Source of the DNA: Schmidtea polychroa
Lineage: Eukaryota
DNA length: 64,000 nucleotides
Direction of reading: 5' to 3'
Assembly (NCBI GenBank): GCA_044892525.1
Contig: CM097885.1
Span: forward strand, 47,245,727-47,309,726
A program made the translations under genes and the position numbers. The first letter of the stretch is position 1, and every line of letters begins with the position of its first letter. The notes under the pieces were generated by a model. That model was not told where the DNA came from and ran no database searches. It saw nothing but the letters and a program-made list of their open reading frames with translations. Of the stretch, positions 58,341 through 64,000 are shown piece after piece.

Positions 58341-58510
58341 ATAATATTTTCATCATTTTCTTCATCATAATATTTTCATCATTTTCTTCATAATATTTTC
58401 ATCATTTTCTTCATCAAAATATTTTCATCATTTCTTCCTCATAATATTTTCATCATTTTCGTCATCATAACATTTTCAATTTCATCATAATATTTTCTTC
58501 ATTTTCATAA
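58341..58510. repeat. ~26-nt minisatellite (ataatattttcatcattttcttcatc)
   Basis: About 6 degenerate tandem units. Confidence 0.8.
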
Positions 58511-58611
58511 TAAGTTTTTATAAATAAGTTTTTAAGAAAATGTTTAAAAAGTATTTAAGAAATTTAAAAGGTTTTTAAAAAATAAATATATAAAAATAAA
58601 TAAATACTAAC

Positions 58612-59116
58612 ACCATCATCCCATGTCGGAATCAGATTCATTATCAGATACCTCCTCAATAGAAGTGAGGGCATTATTTTCATCAATAGAAATGAGGGCA
58701 TTATTCTCCTCAATAGAAGTGAGGGCTTTTTCCACATTGTTTTCCTCATCATTATTAATCGGGGTATCTGCGTCCAAGTCGACATTTAACTCTAAAATGT
58801 TTTTTAAAAATAATTTACTAAAATAAAATAAATTTACTTTGTTTATTGAAAACATTACAGGAAACTGGGGCATTAGTTTGCCCAATAAATACGACATCAT
58901 CGTCGTCATCGCTAATACAAATCGGATCTAAATGAAAAATTAATTTTATTAAAATTACCAAAAATCTTATCCACATTCAGAATTCTTTCGTCCTCAGTAA
59001 CTTGATACCAATCGAACACATCTAAAAAATAAAGAATAAAATATAATAAATAAATAAATAATAAAATTACCACTAGTCAATAGCCTTCTTAATATGTTGT
59101 TGTTATTCTTTGTCAT
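58612..59116 (-). CDS. Four-exon acidic protein / putative pPolB leader (59116-59071, 59021-58959, 58927-58838, 58791-58612)
   Basis: GT-AG introns of 49, 31 and 46 nt, all phase 1. Spliced product: MTKNNNNILRRLLTSDVFDWYQVTEDERILNVDKIFDPICISDDDDVVFIGQTNAPVSCNVFNKQKLNVDLDADTP..(NNALTSIEE-like)x3..SDMG*. The TGA lies just before a phase-1 GTTAGT donor. Confidence 0.62.
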
Positions 59117-59193
59117 TATGAAAAATTTAAATCGTTGAAATTTAGAATTTGAAATTTTTTAAAAAATTGTGACAAATTTTAGATTTGTAAATG

Positions 59194-59390
59194 TTTATAA
59201 AGAGAATGAATATTTTCCTGTCCCAGCCAATGAGAATCTAGACACACACACATAGAAACCAATCATATTACATCTACACATGCATGCATGCATTGGTAAT
59301 CACATTGAAATTTCATGTGACTGCCTTTGTTAGTCATGCCTTTGTTAACATGCACTGTGCATGCTCCATGCATGTGATGTCTTTATGACA
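59194..59390 (-). promoter_or_regulatory. Putative promoter of the acidic leader/pPolB unit
   Basis: TATAAA (minus strand, 59199-59194) about 80 nt before the ATG. CCAAT at 59227 and 59259. Dense CATG/CATGTG motifs at 59279-59376. Confidence 0.45.
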
Positions 59391-59452
59391 AAATAATAAT
59401 AATATTTATCTAAATAATAATAAACCTAATTTAAAATAATAATATTTTTGAA

Positions 59453-59660
<208 letters not shown>

Positions 59661-59688
59661 CACAACAACAAAGGAAAGTATACATTTA

Positions 59689-60031
59689 TTAAACATCAAA
59701 TTTTTTATACAACAACCAAGCTAAACAATGTTGACCACATGTTTGTGTCAATGGATTTTGAAACATAGTTTTATTATACACAATAGGTTTCCCCATTGTT
59801 TGTAGTTTTGATATCAACAAAGCTGGGTAATAAAAACCCATAGGATCGAACATGAATATATTACCAGGTTTCACATATATAGCTATCCAATGTTCTCCAC
59901 CAAGATGAGACGATTGAGTATTGACGATTATTGCTTGATTATTGCTCAAATATGGAATTTTATCAAGAGGAAAAACTCCTACAAATTCATTTCCCAATAT
60001 TTGTTTTCCAATTCGATTAACCTGAACAGAA
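59689..60031 (-). CDS. Adenain-like cysteine maturation protease, exon 2 (start exon deleted in this copy)
   Basis: SVQVNRIG..FVGVFPLD..IVNT..GEHW..FDPMG..FQ..TCGQHC with the His-Asp-Gln-Cys catalytic set intact. AATAAA overlaps the stop. Confidence 0.9.
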
Positions 60032-60059
60032 CTACTTTAATAAATTAAACAGTATAAAA

Positions 60060-60768
60060 ATTTCCTTTGTTTTTAATGGATAAATTGCATGTTTTGAATT
60101 AAGACCTAATTGATGACTAGCTAATACTGAGGGGTCTACTCGAACTCCTCTCACCAATAATTTTGCATCAACTAAATGACATATTGAAAATGACATATTG
60201 TAAGAGATAATGCAGAATCAGACCTTTTCAGTCTAATATGTACATTAACTCCCGGTAGTAAATATTTCGGTTGATCCATAAAATCGAGTTGTAATGATGA
60301 GCACATGGTGAAAACCTTTGAGCCTTTAACCCACTTTTTTCTTTCATCATCTGCTGCTGCATAACCCATAGGAGTAAGGCATGTATTTTTAGTATCGGAA
60401 TTGTAATTTAAAATAGTTTCTATTAATGCCTTCTGAATGAATGTATTATTTCCACCCTCAATCTTGATATTATTAAATCCCAACACTGCATCCTTAAACA
60501 GAGTATGAAACAGGAAATTGTTCGGTATTACATCTGCATTGGCATCCAAAACTTTTCTATCTTTATCTACAACATTGATCTGAACAGTCAATAAAGTATC
60601 GTTCAAATCTAAATATTCAGTTTGCGAACCATTAATATAAAACTCGATATCATTTCTACTATCGGTAATTGAATTCATAGGAAAAACTTCCTCAAATGCC
60701 CCAAATTCTATTACAGCCTGGGGCGATGGTCTATCAAATATACATAATTCAGATTTACCACAAATCAT
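60060..60768 (-). pseudogene. Major capsid protein (double jelly-roll, hexon-like), N-terminal half
   Basis: KSELCIF..IEFYI..EYLDLNDTLL..PNNFLFHTLF..IETILNY..QPKYLLPGVNVHIRLKR, then a frameshift to LVDAKLLVRGVRVDPSV..HAIYPL. The C-terminal half is deleted. Confidence 0.9.
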
Positions 60769-61133
60769 TTTGCAAATATAGTTCCATGTCCTTTCATTCG
60801 TTTGTTTATACGTGATATTCCATGTCTTTTACGTTTTGGAACAGGAGCTGGAGCTGGAGATTTTTCTTTTTGAAACATACCTGCAACCCCTGGTAAAACT
60901 TTCCCTAATTCAGCTAAAGCATTTGTTTTTAGAGATGGTAATATTTTCTGTTCATTCATAATAACATCTTTTGCAGTTTTCATACCAAAACTACCAATAC
61001 GTTTAAGAATAGGCAATGCAAATCTACCAATTGTTCTCAACCATCCCGATCCGTACTGTTTACCAATAAAATATGGTAATTCTCCACCAGATTGGCTACC
61101 ACTATACATACTAATAATATCAGAATTTGCCAT
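60765..61133 (-). CDS. Small basic core/membrane-active virion protein
   Basis: QSGG and QYGSG followed by amphipathic WLRTIGRFALPILKRIG, basic C-terminus. Lies directly before the capsid gene, as is usual in these elements. Confidence 0.72.
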   Translation of the reverse strand: MANSDIISMYSGSQSGGELPYFIGKQYGSGWLRTIGRFALPILKRIGSFGMKTAKDVIMNEQKILPSLKTNALAELGKVLPGVAGMFQKEKSPAPAPVPKRKRHGISRINKRMKGHGTIFAK

Positions 61134-62142
61134 CTACTTTACGAAAATGTAATGTCAAATGAGTTTTTGAACCTTTTGGAAAGTTTATAAGTTTTCCACT
61201 ATCATCACGAATATTTATTTCTATATTGTTTATACATGAACTTGCTATTGGTAAATACATGGGATTATCAATATTTATATTGACAACTTCATCGTGTTCA
61301 TATTTGCCAATCCATACCGATTTCAAAAGAGGAACACTGGAATCACCAACAATTATGGGTTCGATAATGTTAGTATATATGAACATTTGTTGATGATGTT
61401 CTAGTATTCTTGGTTTGCGTATACCAGTCGATTTTTCTCGATATTTTTGCTTATCTAATCCAAGTGAATTTGCCAAATTTTTATCAAATGTAACTTCGCA
61501 AATTTCATCATTCAAACTGAAGGTAAACATCAAATCTTTCACAATTTCCAAATTTTTAAATATGTGTGAACAATTGAACTTTAAATATTTAAGTAAATCA
61601 TCAAGTTTATCAAAATATAATTCATCAGCAAAGGTAAATGATTCTTCAACTTCATCATTATACTACACAGATATTTTGATTTCTTCTTTCACTATACTGT
61701 TTGCTTCAAATAGATTAAAACGTAATAAATACTCCGTCTCCGTAACAATATTTTTCAACTTATTGCAACCCATTCGTTTGGCATCTTCAATAGTTTCGAA
61801 TGTTATTGTAAATGGTTTAAAATCACAACTGATATTTAATCCATCCTTGTAAAACATATAGCAATGCAAATCTAATATTTGATTCGGAATATGATATGTT
61901 TTATCATAATTACTGATAACAAAGATACCGCTACATGTTTTCACAATATTCCTTTTGAAATAAATCTTACATTGACTATAAAATGGGAATGTGTTGTACA
62001 CGAATGTAAAATCTTGCAGTGCAACTACCCAGTCCCCATTTAAAGAAATCGGATTCTGGAGATTGACCATAAATTTACTGGCTTGATTGTCTGGATGAAT
62101 TAATGGGCAACTATTGCTCGGCAAAATAGTATAAAAATTCAC
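61120..62142 (-). pseudogene. Minor capsid protein (penton-like), one premature TAG at 61663-61665
   Basis: NFYTILPSNS..F.V.L..PI.L.G.WVVAL ... MFIYTNIIEP..VGD..PLL..PMYLP..NIEINIRDDSG..LTLHFRK. ORFs 61663-62193 and 61120-61551 are in the same frame. Confidence 0.88.
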
Positions 62143-62772
62143 TTTACTAGGTCTTTTGCTGATATCCATGACGGATTTTGATAACCATGCCATTTTACAT
62201 AGTATTGTTTATCCTTGCCGACCTTTTTAGTTTTCAATATTTTTTGAATTCTAAATACTTTTGGGGGAGGAATGACTTGTAATTCCTTCTCATAAAATTT
62301 CCCTTGTACAATATTATTATCATTGTCTTTGATGACATACATTACAGGATTCTGTTTAGTATTTATTTTTTGAAATTACAAAGACTTCATCCCTCCAATT
62401 TGTATCAAAATTTTTAATAAATGGTGATGCACTAATTTTACTAATTCTAACATGATCACCGACTTTATATTTAGGTTTTGTAATTTTTACAGATTTCTTA
62501 GAAGTCAATGATGTTTTTGATGTAATATCAACCGGTCTCAATCCATTCAGTCCTCGATGTGATGAATGATTATAACTTGTTATTATTTTCGGTAAAGCAT
62601 TTACCCATTTTTTATTACCTTGATGCACGAACAATTTCTTTAATCTATCTCTCAATGTTCGATTAAATATTTCAACATGGGCAGCTTTGTATTGAGAATG
62701 TACCGAGTAGTTATTTATTTTCAGTTTATCGAGGATTTGCTTAACTTTGCTATTGTAGAATTCTTTATCTAA

Positions 62773-62854
<82 letters not shown>

Positions 62855-63103
62855 GTTTTTTAAAAGTTTTTAGTAAAACAATTCATTATATTTACAACCA
62901 ATGAGAATTAAGAGAAAGGAAATCAAAGAAAGATTGAAAGGTATTTTGGGGAAGAACATTGCTAAATTCCAGGAGATTGACAAGGACTATCGTATAGTCG
63001 AAAATTCTTTCATTAAATACATTATTTGCAGCAAAAGGCTTAAATTATCATTTTATTGTTTTAAATAATAAATGCTGCTACCAAGCAATCATCATTTTAT
63101 ACT

Positions 63104-63135
<32 letters not shown>

Positions 63136-63540
63136 TATAATAATAATAATACCCAAATCTGTTTGCAAGTTATTAGGATGTCCATCTTTAAATAAAATAT
63201 TAATTGCCTTGGACATTTCATCTGCAGATTTTGCTTTGACTGGTATTGCTCGTGCAAACCTGCTGAATACATTAATACATGTTAAAATATATTTATTCCC
63301 ATTGTTAATTTTCGAATACGGTATCATCTCCATCAAATCCATTTGCCATAAATCGTCAATACCAAATGTTTTATATGCTCTTGTTGGAAATCTTTTCCGC
63401 ATTGGTTTGTTCAAACTGTACGCAAGCTGATCTGATAACCACTTCTGGGTTTCTTTTTTCGAATTCAGAACTCTTTTCTTTAATTTTGCTACTCCACCGA
63501 AAATGGCTTCGTCTTCTGGGTTCGTCCAAATCTTCTCCAT
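62139..63540 (-). CDS. Retroviral-like DDE integrase with C-terminal chromodomain; two exons (63540-63153, 62768-62139) and one homopolymer frameshift at ~62368
   Basis: WQMD..QTDL|DKEFYN..KAAHVEIFNRTL..YNHSSH..YKVGDHVRI..FYEKEL..YYVKWHGY..SWI. Removing the GT-AG segment 63152-62769 joins the halves in frame. Confidence 0.9.
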
Positions 63541-63598
63541 TACAGCAAGAAGATTTAAAATTAAATTTAATGTCGGGCAATGAAGGAATAGCACCCAT
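63371..63598 (-). CDS. Small overprinted ORF, candidate myristoylated/palmitoylated protein
   Basis: MGAIPS..FKSSCC. The ATG is 4 nt after the upstream stop. The frame stays open for 63 codons in copy L (2021-2212). Confidence 0.5.
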   Translation of the reverse strand: MGAIPSLPDIKFNFKSSCCNGEDLDEPRRRSHFRWSSKIKEKSSEFEKRNPEVVIRSACVQFEQTNAEKISNKSI

Positions 63599-63601
63599 TG
63601 T

Positions 63602-63997
63602 TTATGATTGATTTCCTACAACTCCACCTAATAATGATAATGCCAGAGGTATCAATGCACCAATAAATCCACCTTGTTGTTTATATATAATTTTCCTCAT
63701 TTGCTTACGATTTTTATTATTTACTAAAGATAACAAAGGTTTCCTATGTTTGCTCAATAGATGCTTTTTTGATTTACTGATTTTAATTTTGCCTTTGACT
63801 ACTTTAAGTATAATATTGAGTAAATCATCGACAACAAAATTTGGGAATGATTGCAATATATTCATTCTTTTCATACTCGGAGCCTTTAACAATGCATTAA
63901 AAAATGGAAAACTGCGATGATTTTTAACTACTTTTTTACTGATTTTACGTTTACTGGTTTTACGTTTAGGTTTAGGATTTTTCGAAATAAGATTCAT
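63602..63997 (-). CDS. Lysine-rich virion protein ending in QQGG|FIGALIPLALSLLGG
   Basis: Intact 131-aa ORF. The GG|F motif followed by a hydrophobic helix is typical of adenain-processed Polinton proteins. Paralog at 1623. Confidence 0.75.
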   Translation of the reverse strand: MNLISKNPKPKRKTSKRKISKKVVKNHRSFPFFNALLKAPSMKRMNILQSFPNFVVDDLLNIILKVVKGKIKISKSKKHLLSKHRKPLLSLVNNKNRKQMRKIIYKQQGGFIGALIPLALSLLGGVVGNQS

Positions 63998-64000
63998 TGC

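Noticed and set aside
58341..58510. Tandem ~26-nt units resembling a CRISPR array or coding acidic repeat
   Set aside because: No unique spacers, eukaryotic context, and unit length is not a multiple of 3. It is a simple minisatellite.
62143..62193. Upstream ATG (MAWLSK..) as the penton start
   Set aside because: It lies inside the integrase chromodomain. Copy M has ATG at the NFY position, which matches the family N-terminus.

Overview
Very AT-rich eukaryotic (animal) genomic DNA with many (ATT)n/(TA)n microsatellites and very short introns. This resembles a planarian flatworm genome, but that is inference only. There is one intact host gene: a two-exon DEG/ENaC/ASIC/FaNaC-family cation channel (+; 2839-3441 joined to 42157-43320, 588 aa) with a 38.7 kb intron and non-canonical RG and GLT residues at the HG and GAS motifs. 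Around and inside it are three decayed copies of a Polinton/Maverick (adintovirus-like) element. The first (~890-2560, +) has ATPase, basic protein and integrase. The second (~31490-34190, -) has integrase end, penton, capsid C-terminus, protease, pPolB and a probable terminus. The third (~50380-64000, -) has basic GG|F protein, integrase, penton, core protein, major capsid, protease and two tandem pPolB genes. The most striking feature is that this virus-like element appears to carry spliceosomal introns: one in the integrase (same donor position in two copies), one in the protease, and a string of symmetric phase-1 acidic micro-exons that can splice onto the pPolB ORF. It also has a conserved overprinted MGxxxS/CC ORF over the integrase start. 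Also present are an HSP90 pseudogene fragment, hAT/MULE/piggyBac relics, four hAT MITEs with 8-bp TSDs and a probable solo LTR.
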